Source: Myxococcota bacterium (GTDB lineage: Bacteria > Myxococcota_A > UBA9160 > UBA4427). From it: a stretch of DNA of 64,000 bases. This document shows positions 39,792-48,411 of the stretch, piece by piece (positions within the stretch are counted from its first letter, which is position 1; each line of letters opens with the position of its first letter). Under the pieces are notes generated by a model that was given only the letters and a program-made list of their open reading frames with translations, was not told the DNA's origin and did no database searches. A program made the position numbers and the translations under genes. The stretch lies in the NCBI GenBank assembly GCA_965250285.1, contig OZ252299.1, positions 3,072,001 through 3,136,000 on the forward strand. Reading direction: 5' to 3'.

Positions 39792-40850
39792 TCAGTGCGC
39801 TTCACCGGCCCTCGACGACGCAGGCGCAGGAGCCCAGTAGCGTGCGAAGCCGCTGCTCTCGATCGTTTTGCCGTCCTCGAACTGCACCCAGGTCTCCAGG
39901 CGCGCGCGCTGTGCGAGCGCCTCTCCCTCTCGGGCGTCGAGCACCAGCAACGCCGTGCTCCAGACCTCGGCGTCGGTCGCCGAGGGCCCCACCGCCACGG
40001 CTGTCCTCGGCGCATCGACCGTGAGCCCCGTTCGCGGGTCGATGACATGGCCCACTCGGCGCGCTCCGATGTCGGACGTATCGCCGAGGCTCGAAGAGAC
40101 CGACACGGCCCGGTCGACCAGCTCGAGCACGCGCCCTGACTCCGCCGGGCTGCGCGCGTCGACTTCGAGGCGCCACGGCCCACCGCCGGGCGCCTCGCCG
40201 ATGGCCCAGACACTGCTCCCGCCGAAATCGAGCAAACCTCGCTCGATCCCGCGGCGCCGCAGCCCCTCGCGTACGATGTCGAGGGCGTAGCCCTTCGCGA
40301 TGCCACCGAGGTCGATGGCGCTGCCGCGTCGACGGAGCCCGAGCTCGCTGTCATCCTCGATCACGATGCCATCGAATCCGACCAGGGCTCGCGCGGTCGC
40401 CACCTCGTCGGGGCTCGGCCACGACTGCCGATCGGCCGCGCTCCACCACAGCGCGATCAGCGGCCCGACTGTGACGTCGAAGGCACCGCGCGTCGCGTAG
40501 CCCGCCTCGCGCGACCGACTGAGCAGCGCGTGCAGATGCGACGAGTAGCCGGCGCGCGGAGCGCGCCCCGCATCGGCATTCAGCCGGGAGAGTTCGCTGT
40601 CGCTCCGGTGGCGCGACGCCACGGCCTCGATCGACGCGACCTGGTCGAAGCTCCACTCGAGCGCGGCCCGGAGCGCTTCTGGGTCATCCCCCACGAGCGT
40701 GACGTCGAGGATCGTCCCCATCAGGTAGCGGCCGTCTCCGACCGAGTGTGGGGGAGCAATGGGCGGCGGCGTGTCTGGATGCGTGCAGTGCGTGAGCACG
40801 ACCATCACGCAGATGGGCAGGAACCCCAGCGCGGGGCGCCGCCGCTTCAT
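39792..40850 (-). CDS. apbE: Second FAD:protein FMN transferase (ApbE family), lipoprotein-like
   Basis: LMGT, SELSRLN, FDVTVGPL, DLGGIAKGYALD, HVIDPRTG; possible lipobox VLTHC. Confidence 0.88.
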   Translation of the reverse strand: MKRRRPALGFLPICVMVVLTHCTHPDTPPPIAPPHSVGDGRYLMGTILDVTLVGDDPEALRAALEWSFDQVASIEAVASRHRSDSELSRLNADAGRAPRAGYSSHLHALLSRSREAGYATRGAFDVTVGPLIALWWSAADRQSWPSPDEVATARALVGFDGIVIEDDSELGLRRRGSAIDLGGIAKGYALDIVREGLRRRGIERGLLDFGGSSVWAIGEAPGGGPWRLEVDARSPAESGRVLELVDRAVSVSSSLGDTSDIGARRVGHVIDPRTGLTVDAPRTAVAVGPSATDAEVWSTALLVLDAREGEALAQRARLETWVQFEDGKTIESSGFARYWAPAPASSRAGEAH

Positions 40851-41401
40851 TCGCGGTCGATCGCGATTCGGTCGGCGGGCGAAGCCGGAGCGGTGCCCGC
40901 TGCGCCGCCGGCGTAGTTGCGTCCCTGTCCGCCGGCAAATGTCGACCAGAGGGACACCCCGACCAGCACGGCGAGGCTGATCTGCAGGGACAGGAACCCG
41001 AGCACCTTCACGATCGCGAAGCCGGGATCAACGAACCGAACGAGCCAGCCCGCCCCTTCACTCACGAATCCAGCCAGAAAGGGCACCGCGATGAGCCAGG
41101 CCTTCGTGGTGTTCTTCGCCGGGATGAACAGCATCAGGTGAGTGAGCACCAGCAGCAGCATGCCAAAGGCGAACAGATGGAAGTGCGAGAGCTCGAGCAA
41201 TCCCTGATAGCTTCGGGGTGACGTGAACTGTTCGGGATCGCCGAGGTAGTGCGCAACGACCGATGAGGGTGTGAGGCTCATCTTGTCGAAGTAGAGCAGC
41301 GCGTTCGTAACCCAGAGCAGCGCCACGTAGAGTGCATAGAGCACGACGATGGTCTGGAGCAGTCGATTGCGATTCCACTCGCCGGTGATCACGAATCGCA
41401 T
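40847..41401 (-). CDS. Hypothetical 4-TM membrane protein with intramembrane His (possible heme b protein)
   Basis: Four hydrophobic segments; SHFHLF and LTHL; 4-bp overlap with the downstream apbE start. Confidence 0.7.
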   Translation of the reverse strand: MRFVITGEWNRNRLLQTIVVLYALYVALLWVTNALLYFDKMSLTPSSVVAHYLGDPEQFTSPRSYQGLLELSHFHLFAFGMLLLVLTHLMLFIPAKNTTKAWLIAVPFLAGFVSEGAGWLVRFVDPGFAIVKVLGFLSLQISLAVLVGVSLWSTFAGGQGRNYAGGAAGTAPASPADRIAIDRE

Positions 41402-41443
41402 CGCGCCCTGTTCCCGTCCTCGGTGTGCCCGCGCTGCCGCTGC

Positions 41444-42058
41444 TCAGCCGGCCGATTCGCTCGTCGTCTCACGGGCCTCGTTCGCGCGGGCGAGGGCCGG
41501 CTGAACGATGAGATGGTAGAACGCGAGCATGTGTCGCACGGCCTCTGAGGCGGCCCGTGCGGACAGCGTCGAGCCCACGACGCCATGGATGTCGCGCCCG
41601 ACACGCAGCGGCGCCTCTCGGTCGCTCCCATTGAACTGGTCATACCAGTTGCCCGCCGGAAGGTAATCGAGCGGCTCGTGGAAAGCGAGAATGCGCACCG
41701 ATCGCACGGCGCCTTCGGGCGTCAGCACGATCAGCAGAGCTTCGGGTTTCGTGCGCACGTTGTGCACAGAGATATGGGCGTAGCCGATCACCCCATCCGC
41801 ACCCCGCGCCGTGTACAAGGTGACGAGTCGCGAAGCGAGACGCGCGCGAGCGTGCTGTTCGCACTGATCGGCCAAGCGGTCGTTCAGGACGTGCGTCTTC
41901 TCGTCGATGCGTACCGCGTCGGGAAACGCTTCGGCGAGCGCGTCCTTGCGGCCGGCGAACACCTTCGCGTCCGCGGCGAGCGGTGCGACGACGAGGGCCA
42001 CGAGGACGATGCTGGCGATCGCAGTGGTGGCCCCGAGGCCCCGTGCGTTGGCTTGCAC
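41444..42058 (-). CDS. Exported FMN-binding domain protein
   Basis: Signal peptide ending ADA-K; VRILAFHEP..WYDQFNG..DIHGVVGSTLS..AV matches the FMN_bind fold tail. Confidence 0.8.
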   Translation of the reverse strand: MQANARGLGATTAIASIVLVALVVAPLAADAKVFAGRKDALAEAFPDAVRIDEKTHVLNDRLADQCEQHARARLASRLVTLYTARGADGVIGYAHISVHNVRTKPEALLIVLTPEGAVRSVRILAFHEPLDYLPAGNWYDQFNGSDREAPLRVGRDIHGVVGSTLSARAASEAVRHMLAFYHLIVQPALARANEARETTSESAG

Positions 42059-42087
42059 CCGATGACTCCTGACTGGTGGGCGAGCGC

Positions 42088-43497
42088 TCAGAAGACGTAG
42101 CCCACGAGGAACTGCACCTGATCCGACACGACGCCCTCCTTCGCGACGAAGTTTCGGTAGTCGGTCTTGAACACGACGTTCGGAATCGGCTTGATCTGAA
42201 GGCCGACGGTATAGATGTTTCGGACGAAGTTCTCGTTGGCGACGTCCGACGACGCCATCCGGTTCTGGGTATCGAGCCGCTCGAAGCGGAAGTAGGGCTC
42301 GAGCGACGCCTTCGTTCCCTTCCAGAAGAGCGGCAGGATGTCGTAGGCGATCTCGCCGTAGCCGCCCAACAAACGCTTCGCGATCTGGTCGCCGGGCGCG
42401 TTGCCCAGCACGGAGTTCAGCTGCCCCGAGTCACCGATGAAGGCCTGAGTGAACAGACCTCGAATCGATACGCCGTATGCCTTGTACTCGGCGTGGACCT
42501 CGTAGATGGTCGTCAGCGTGAAGGGGACAGCGACCTCGGTGTTCGGATCGTTCGGGTTCACGATCATCTGGTTCTGTCCCGAAGGACCGATGTAGACCGA
42601 GCCGCCCATCGAGAGACCGCTGACGACGTCGACGTCGGCGCGACCAACCCAGGCCCAGTGATCGGCGAGGGCGCGCGACGCCTTCTGTCGACCGCCGCGG
42701 ATCCCGCTCACCGCGAAGCCCGTCGCGTTGAGGCCGTTCACGCCGTACATGCGGTAAGAGATGCGTCCGTCCGCGAACTGCCCGAAGATGCCACCGCCGA
42801 TCTCACGCCAGGTGGTGGGGATGATCTGGCGCTCGACCTCGGGGCGTTCCGCGCCGTAGAAGAACGTCGGCTCGTGAATCTCGTTGATGAAGCCCATCGG
42901 CAAGAGCACGACGCCGGCGCGCATGCCGTGGTTCTCGAGCGCCTGCCAGTCGACCGTCGCGAACTCGACAGAGAACGATCCGCCTTCGCTCGTGCTGCCG
43001 TGCTCGAGCTCGAGCTCGCTATTGAACAGCCACTTGTCGTTGAACTTGTAGCCGACGTAGAGCACCGCGCGCAGCGCGTCCGCTTCGGTGATCTTCCCCT
43101 CGGACCCCTCACCGACGAAATCGCGGACGCGGTACTCGCCGTAGCCGCCGATCGAGAGCCCCTGGTCCTTCCGATAGACCTTCGAAGCCGCCGGGCCGAA
43201 GCCCCAGACACTCTGAAGCTTCTCTTCTGGCACCGCTTCATCGGCGACGGCCTTGGAGAGCTCCGAGGCAAGGATGTCGACCTTTTCTTCGAGCTCGCTG
43301 ATCCGCTCCTTGTCCGAACGCGTGTCGTCTGTCTGCTCGTCGGTGTCGTCCGAACCGGAATCCGACGACTCGGCGTCGGTCTGTGCTTCAGGGGTGGCCG
43401 CCTCTTCTGGCTGCTCTTGTGCGCCCGCGTGCGTTGCGATGACGAGGGCCATGAGGGTCGCGGCCAGAACCCCGCCAACGCGTCTCCAGATGATCAA
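42088..43497 (-). CDS. Outer-membrane beta-barrel (porin-like) with acidic/coiled-coil N-terminus
   Basis: TTG start giving signal MIIWRR..THAGA-Q; coiled coil RISELEEKVDILASEL; FNSELELEHG, GFINEIHEPTFF; C-terminal VQFLVGYVF Bam signal. Confidence 0.8.
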   Translation of the reverse strand: MIIWRRVGGVLAATLMALVIATHAGAQEQPEEAATPEAQTDAESSDSGSDDTDEQTDDTRSDKERISELEEKVDILASELSKAVADEAVPEEKLQSVWGFGPAASKVYRKDQGLSIGGYGEYRVRDFVGEGSEGKITEADALRAVLYVGYKFNDKWLFNSELELEHGSTSEGGSFSVEFATVDWQALENHGMRAGVVLLPMGFINEIHEPTFFYGAERPEVERQIIPTTWREIGGGIFGQFADGRISYRMYGVNGLNATGFAVSGIRGGRQKASRALADHWAWVGRADVDVVSGLSMGGSVYIGPSGQNQMIVNPNDPNTEVAVPFTLTTIYEVHAEYKAYGVSIRGLFTQAFIGDSGQLNSVLGNAPGDQIAKRLLGGYGEIAYDILPLFWKGTKASLEPYFRFERLDTQNRMASSDVANENFVRNIYTVGLQIKPIPNVVFKTDYRNFVAKEGVVSDQVQFLVGYVF

Positions 43498-43610
43498 CTG
43501 CTTGCTTCCCGTCGCGGAACGCTCGCCCGCCTCGATCGGTGTCCATCCGGCGACGTGGAGGCCCCTCGCCTCCCGTCTCGAACTCCGGATCAGTCCCGTC
43601 CATGAATGCC

Positions 43611-43629
43611 GAAAATGAAAATCACTTTC
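43611..43629. promoter_or_regulatory. Fur-box-like site GAAAATGAAAATCACTTTC
   Basis: 15/19 identity to GATAATGATAATCATTATC; AT-rich island upstream of the porin operon. Confidence 0.65.
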
Positions 43630-43670
43630 GATTTCACCAGGGCGCACAGGATTAACCGATCCCCGGGGCG

Positions 43671-43684
43671 CTGACAACGGTCAG
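43671..43684. promoter_or_regulatory. Palindrome CTGAC-N4-GTCAG overlapping a TTGTCA -35-like hexamer
   Basis: Directly visible; geometry like FNR/CRP-family or TetR sites. Confidence 0.35.
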
Positions 43685-43819
43685 TCGCCCCAAGCGGGAT
43701 GTGGGGTATCAGTGACACCCTGACGGGCGAACTTTCGCGACTGGAATTGGGCGGTTGGCGACCCGAAGCGGATCGCTGCACCCGCCGAAACGGGGCGGCG
43801 GCGGCGCCTGGCCGCCCGC

Positions 43820-44512
43820 TCAGCCCCCGAACAGCACCCCGTGATACGCCCGCAGCACGACCGTCAGGCCGACGCCGACGATGGGGACCCAGATCGGCGC
43901 TTCTTTGAACCCCTGCATCGCGGCGCCGACGCCGCCACCAAAGGGCAGGAGCGGCGTGGCCTCGACGAAGCGGACGAAGGGCTCGCCCAGGGTCTGCTGC
44001 TTTCGATAGTCCTGATGGATCGACCCGGCGACCGAGAAGGCGGCGATCCCGCCGAAGAACGCCACGTCGGTGGCGAACGGGTTCACCATGAGATGCGCCA
44101 GCCCGAGGAGGGCCGCCGCCATGAAGACACCGTGGCGTGTGACGCGCTGCAGGCCGGAGGGCTGCATCGCGGCGGGGTCTGGCGCTTCGCCGGGCTTGCC
44201 CATCGCAGCCGGGCTGCGCCGGGCGAGGCCCCCGACGAGCAGCGTCATCGACAGCGCCATCAGGCCGTACTGCAGCCAGAGCCAGGGCGTCGCGCGAACC
44301 AGCGGGTAGAGCATGGCGCCCTCGTGCTTGTGATCCCAGTACACCATCACGAGCGGCACGAAGACCACCAGAGCGACGACCGAATAGACGCCGGCGAATC
44401 CCGCTTCACCGAGCACCCCGACCAGCTTCGGTCGCACCGGCAGGCTCGACATCCCCATGTGGGTCACGGCGAAGGCGACCCAGAGCAGGATGATCTCGAG
44501 CGTCGGATCCAT
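43820..44512 (-). CDS. NnrU family membrane protein
   Basis: FAVTH..R..L..YSVVAL, GLQRVTRHGV, LAHLMVN, HQDYRK, TPLLPF; TGATG-coupled to the upstream gene. Confidence 0.8.
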   Translation of the reverse strand: MDPTLEIILLWVAFAVTHMGMSSLPVRPKLVGVLGEAGFAGVYSVVALVVFVPLVMVYWDHKHEGAMLYPLVRATPWLWLQYGLMALSMTLLVGGLARRSPAAMGKPGEAPDPAAMQPSGLQRVTRHGVFMAAALLGLAHLMVNPFATDVAFFGGIAAFSVAGSIHQDYRKQQTLGEPFVRFVEATPLLPFGGGVGAAMQGFKEAPIWVPIVGVGLTVVLRAYHGVLFGG

Positions 44513-45600
44513 CAGGCGACACCCTCTTCGATCCACGCTTCGAGATCGTCGGGCAGACCGCGATCGAACTTCATCTGCTGGGCGCGCTCCTCACCGAAGT
44601 TCGCGGCGAACATCTGCCTGAAGTGCCCTTCGATGCGCTCGCTGAAGAGCCCGATCGACTTGAGCGTCGGGATCACGAAGCCCGATACGGGCCCCATCGT
44701 GCCGCCCGTTCGCTGCAGCTCGGCGTGCATCTTCTCGCGCTCGGCGGCCAGCTCCTGGAACACCGCTTGCGGATCGAGCCCATTCTGCGCCCAAACAGCC
44801 AGCATCGAGTCACGCATGGTCGAGCCACCGCGCGAGTCGATCAGCATGCGTGCGGCCTCGAACGCGAAATCTTCGAGCTCGGTCAGCGTCGCGTCGTCGA
44901 GTGTGCCCGTGATATGCGAGAGATACTTCACGCCGTAGGCCGTGTGGCGCGCCTCGTCGCGCGACACGAGCGTGAGCAGCTGCTTGAGCAACGGCTCTTC
45001 GGTGGCGTTGCGCATGTCGCGGAAGACGTGCAGCGCGAGGCCCTCGATCACGACGTTCATGCCCACGGCCTTATGCATCCAGCTCTCGCTGCCGATGGTG
45101 GCGTCGAGCAGCCGCTTGAGCGGCTTCATGATCGGGTTCACGTCGTCGAGCAGCTTGATGTACTGCGCGAAGACCTCGACGTGGCGCGCCTCGTCGACGG
45201 TCTGTGTCGCCGCGTAGAACTTGGCGTCCATGTCGGGGACGGCGTTGACGAGCTCGCTCGCGACGAGCAGCGCCCCTTGCTCGCCGTGCAGAAAGTTCGA
45301 AAGGAGGAAGGCCGAGCTCTGGCTCGAGATCTTCCAGCGCAGGTCGGGATCGAGGTTCTTCCACCAGTTGGTCTTCTGCACCGGGAAGCCACCGATCGAG
45401 AAGCTCTTCGAGAAGCGTTCCTTGTCGATGCCGCGATCCCAGTCGAGATCGCGCACGGCGATCCACTGGCGGTCGAGAGCGTTCGCGTACAGGGTGCGGA
45501 GCTGGTCGACTTCGCCCTCGTAATTCCAGTTGAAGATCGCGTTCAGACCGACCTCGACCTCGTCGGTGGCGGGCGGGGACGGCGGCAGCTCAGCAGACAT
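44512..45600 (-). CDS. Ferritin-like di-iron protein (paralog of 20423-21493)
   Basis: FLHGEQGAL, DEARH, EGLAL, DEARH. Confidence 0.85.
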   Translation of the reverse strand: MSAELPPSPPATDEVEVGLNAIFNWNYEGEVDQLRTLYANALDRQWIAVRDLDWDRGIDKERFSKSFSIGGFPVQKTNWWKNLDPDLRWKISSQSSAFLLSNFLHGEQGALLVASELVNAVPDMDAKFYAATQTVDEARHVEVFAQYIKLLDDVNPIMKPLKRLLDATIGSESWMHKAVGMNVVIEGLALHVFRDMRNATEEPLLKQLLTLVSRDEARHTAYGVKYLSHITGTLDDATLTELEDFAFEAARMLIDSRGGSTMRDSMLAVWAQNGLDPQAVFQELAAEREKMHAELQRTGGTMGPVSGFVIPTLKSIGLFSERIEGHFRQMFAANFGEERAQQMKFDRGLPDDLEAWIEEGVA

Positions 45601-45793
45601 CGTGGGACTCCATCCGGCGGGCGCAGGGGCGATCGAGAGGCGAAAGGCCTCGCTCGATTCCGGAGAAGTTCACCCGCGAGGACGGGCTTGTCGATCGGCT
45701 GGGGCGGGATCTGGCGCCGCGACGCGGCGCGCATTCACTGCGGCCAAGGGCCGAGGCAGCCCGAGAGGCGAAAAAAAGACGAATATGATGGGC

Positions 45794-45819
45794 AAAAAGA
45801 AACCCGCTCGAGGCGGGCT
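45794..45819 (-). terminator. Intrinsic terminator AGCCCGC-CUCGA-GCGGGUU-UCUUUUU
   Basis: GC stem plus U-tract on the minus strand. Confidence 0.7.
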
Positions 45820-45840
45820 AAAACGATCAGCGAGTAACCT
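45794..45840 (-). ncRNA. Candidate ~45-50 nt small RNA or attenuated leader
   Basis: Lies between a strong promoter (45845-45872) and an intrinsic terminator; no ORF. Confidence 0.45.
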
Positions 45841-45844
45841 CAAA

Positions 45845-45872
45845 AGAATAGCACTGATCTGATCTTCGTCAA
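45845..45872 (-). promoter_or_regulatory. Putative strong sigma70 promoter TTGACG-16-TATTCT with extended -10 (TGn)
   Basis: TTGACG aagatcagatcagTGc TATTCT on the minus strand, in an AT-rich patch. Confidence 0.6.
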
Positions 45873-46020
45873 TAGGGCGCGCGGCGATTGTCGATATTCG
45901 GGCCCATTCGACTCCAACCGGGGTGCACCTGCGCGCTGAGCGGGTCGACGCGGCCCGAATTCGGCCCCGCGTGAACGCCGATCTTGCACCGTCTCGACAT
46001 CGCGCCGCGAGCCGGCCGCT

Positions 46021-47343
46021 ATGTTCCGCCGCCTCATGAGCCCGCCCTCGCGCTCCGTATCGGCCGCACGCCGCAGCCGCTCTCGACGTCCCCCCATCGT
46101 CGCGTGGACCGCTCTGGCGCTGTGCCTCGCCACGCTCGGCTCCGGGCCCGGCCACGCCCACGGCCGCAGCCTCAGCCACTCGAGCTGGACGCTCACCGAA
46201 ACCGGGGCCGACGTCCGCGTGCGGGTATCGCTGCTCGAGCTGAGCCGCTTGGGCATCGCGCTGCCGCTCCGGGGCGCCGGCTCGTCCCCCGAAACCGTTG
46301 CGGGCATCGGCCGTCTGCTGGCCGCTCACGTGCGGCTGATGGGTCCCTCGGGCCCCTGCGAGCCCACGGACACGCCCCGCCTGCACCCCGACGCCGAGGG
46401 CACGCTGCAGTACCGGTGGAGCGTCGTCTGCGCCGAGTCGGGCACACGCACGATCGAGAGCGACCTCTTGCTCGCTGCGGCGCCTTCCCACATGCACTTC
46501 GCGCGCCTGATGCTGCCGGGCGGCGGCGTGCGCGAGCGCGTTCTGGTCGAGGGCTCGTCGGCCTGGGCCGTCGTCGGCGACGTCGACGCCGGCGGCGACA
46601 CCGAAACGAGCGACGTCGCCGCGGGCTCGGGCTTCGTCGACTACGTCGGCCTCGGCATCGAACACATCCTGACCGGCTGGGATCACCTCGCCTTCGTCTT
46701 CGCGTTGATCCTGCTCGCGCGGCGCGTCGGCGAGGTCGTCCGCCTCGTGACCGGCTTTACGCTCGCTCACAGCCTCACGCTCGCGCTCGCGGTGCTCGGC
46801 TTCGTGCAGCCCGTCGGTCATGCGGTCGAAGCCGTGATCGGGTTCTCGGTGGCGCTCGTCGCCGCCGAGAACGCGTGGCTGCTCGGCGGCCGTGACCGCG
46901 TCGTGCCGGTCGCATCCGTGCTGCTCATCGCCGGCGTCGGCTTCGCGGGCCTCCTCGCACCCGCCGCCCTGCCCTGGCTCACGCTCGCGGGCCTGGCCGT
47001 CTTCACGGCGTGTCACTTCGCGCTCCTCGACCGATCGGCCGATCACTCGACCTGGCGCATCGCCCTCGCCTTCGCGTTCGGGCTGGTTCATGGCTTCGGC
47101 TTCGCGGGCATCCTCGCCGAGATGTCGCTGCCCACCGACCGGCTCGTCCCGGCGCTCTTCGGGTTCAACGTGGGCGTCGAGGTCGGTCAGCTCGCCGTGG
47201 TGGTCGTGGTGTGGCCGTTGCTCCGTGGGGTCGAGCGGCTGGGTGGTGCACGAGTGGCACAGTGGACGCCTGAACTCGCTTCGGCCGCGGTGTGCGGACT
47301 CGGTCTCTACTGGTTCGTGCTGCGCGGCCTCGGGCTGGGCTGA
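46021..47343 (+). CDS. HupE/UreJ family membrane protein with exported N-terminal domain
   Basis: GIEHILTGWDHLAF, FTLAHSLTL, FGLVHGFGFA, FNVGVEVGQ; signal ending GHA-HGRSLSH; start uncertain. Confidence 0.85.
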   Translation: MFRRLMSPPSRSVSAARRSRSRRPPIVAWTALALCLATLGSGPGHAHGRSLSHSSWTLTETGADVRVRVSLLELSRLGIALPLRGAGSSPETVAGIGRLLAAHVRLMGPSGPCEPTDTPRLHPDAEGTLQYRWSVVCAESGTRTIESDLLLAAAPSHMHFARLMLPGGGVRERVLVEGSSAWAVVGDVDAGGDTETSDVAAGSGFVDYVGLGIEHILTGWDHLAFVFALILLARRVGEVVRLVTGFTLAHSLTLALAVLGFVQPVGHAVEAVIGFSVALVAAENAWLLGGRDRVVPVASVLLIAGVGFAGLLAPAALPWLTLAGLAVFTACHFALLDRSADHSTWRIALAFAFGLVHGFGFAGILAEMSLPTDRLVPALFGFNVGVEVGQLAVVVVVWPLLRGVERLGGARVAQWTPELASAAVCGLGLYWFVLRGLGLG

Positions 47344-47387
47344 TCCCCCCTCCCCTCGCGTTCGATTTGGACTGCTAGATTCGCGCC

Positions 47388-48377
47388 ATGCGCAAGTGGG
47401 CGATCATCGTTCCCCTTCTTCTCCTGGCGATCTACTTCGGTCCTTTCCTGTGGAAGAGCCAGGTCGGCGAGTGGGGACCGGGCGACGAGGTGCGGGCCGA
47501 TCGAGGCCGACTCGTCGAGCTCGCCGATGGCCGTGCCCTCAACGTCCACGATCGCGGTGAGGGTCCGCCCATCGTGTTGATTCACGGCTGGGCCTCGAAC
47601 GCAGACGACTGGGCCGAGGTGCCCGAACTGCTCGTCGAACGCGGGCACCGCGTCATCTGGTACGACCGCCCCGGCTATGGCTACTCGACCCGCGATCGCT
47701 CGAACGAGGGCAACTTCTCGCTCGCCTCGAACGCGCGAGACCTCGTGCAGCTGCTCGACGCTCTGGGGCTCGAGCGCGCGGCGCTCGTCGGATGGTCGTT
47801 CGGAGGCGGCGTCGCGCAGCGCGTGGCCATCGATCAGCCCGACCGCGTCAGCCATGTCGGGCTGGTCGGCTCGGTCGGCCCGCGATCGACACCCCCCGAC
47901 GCCGATGGCCAGACCGAGCTCGTCGATCGCATCCTGCACTCGCCCCTCGCCGTGCCCTTCCTCGATTGGGTCTCGAACGTCCCGCCGATCGCCTTCGCCG
48001 TCACAGAGCAGAGCGTGGCCGAAGCATTCTCGGGCAACGAGAACGTGCCGACCGGCTGGACGATCTACACCCAGGCGATGCTCGCGCTGCCCGGCACCGC
48101 GGACGCGATGGCCGGCGAGCTGCAGCGAAACGAGACGAACCCCGACCCGGCTCGCATCACGCAACCCACTCTGATCATCCACGGCAGCGATGACGCGCTG
48201 GTGCCCTTTACGGTCGCCGAGGCGATCGATCGCGCCGCGCCCGACTCGGCCCTCGAAGCGGTCCTCGGCGGTAGCCACATGTTGCCGGTCACCGATGGCA
48301 AGCGCGTCGCCGACCTGATTCACGAGCTCGTCGGGACCGCATACCGCGAGGGGCAGCTCCCCGGTCAACCCGATTGA
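47388..48377 (+). CDS. Alpha/beta hydrolase with N-terminal membrane anchor
   Basis: LIHGW, DRPGYG, GWSFGG nucleophile elbow, HGSDD, GSHM. Confidence 0.88.
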   Translation: MRKWAIIVPLLLLAIYFGPFLWKSQVGEWGPGDEVRADRGRLVELADGRALNVHDRGEGPPIVLIHGWASNADDWAEVPELLVERGHRVIWYDRPGYGYSTRDRSNEGNFSLASNARDLVQLLDALGLERAALVGWSFGGGVAQRVAIDQPDRVSHVGLVGSVGPRSTPPDADGQTELVDRILHSPLAVPFLDWVSNVPPIAFAVTEQSVAEAFSGNENVPTGWTIYTQAMLALPGTADAMAGELQRNETNPDPARITQPTLIIHGSDDALVPFTVAEAIDRAAPDSALEAVLGGSHMLPVTDGKRVADLIHELVGTAYREGQLPGQPD

Positions 48378-48411
48378 CGAACCGCCGACTGGCCGGCACA
48401 CACGGGCCCCC

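Noticed and set aside
42076..43605. 509-aa + strand ORF
   Set aside because: Antisense shadow of the beta-barrel gene.
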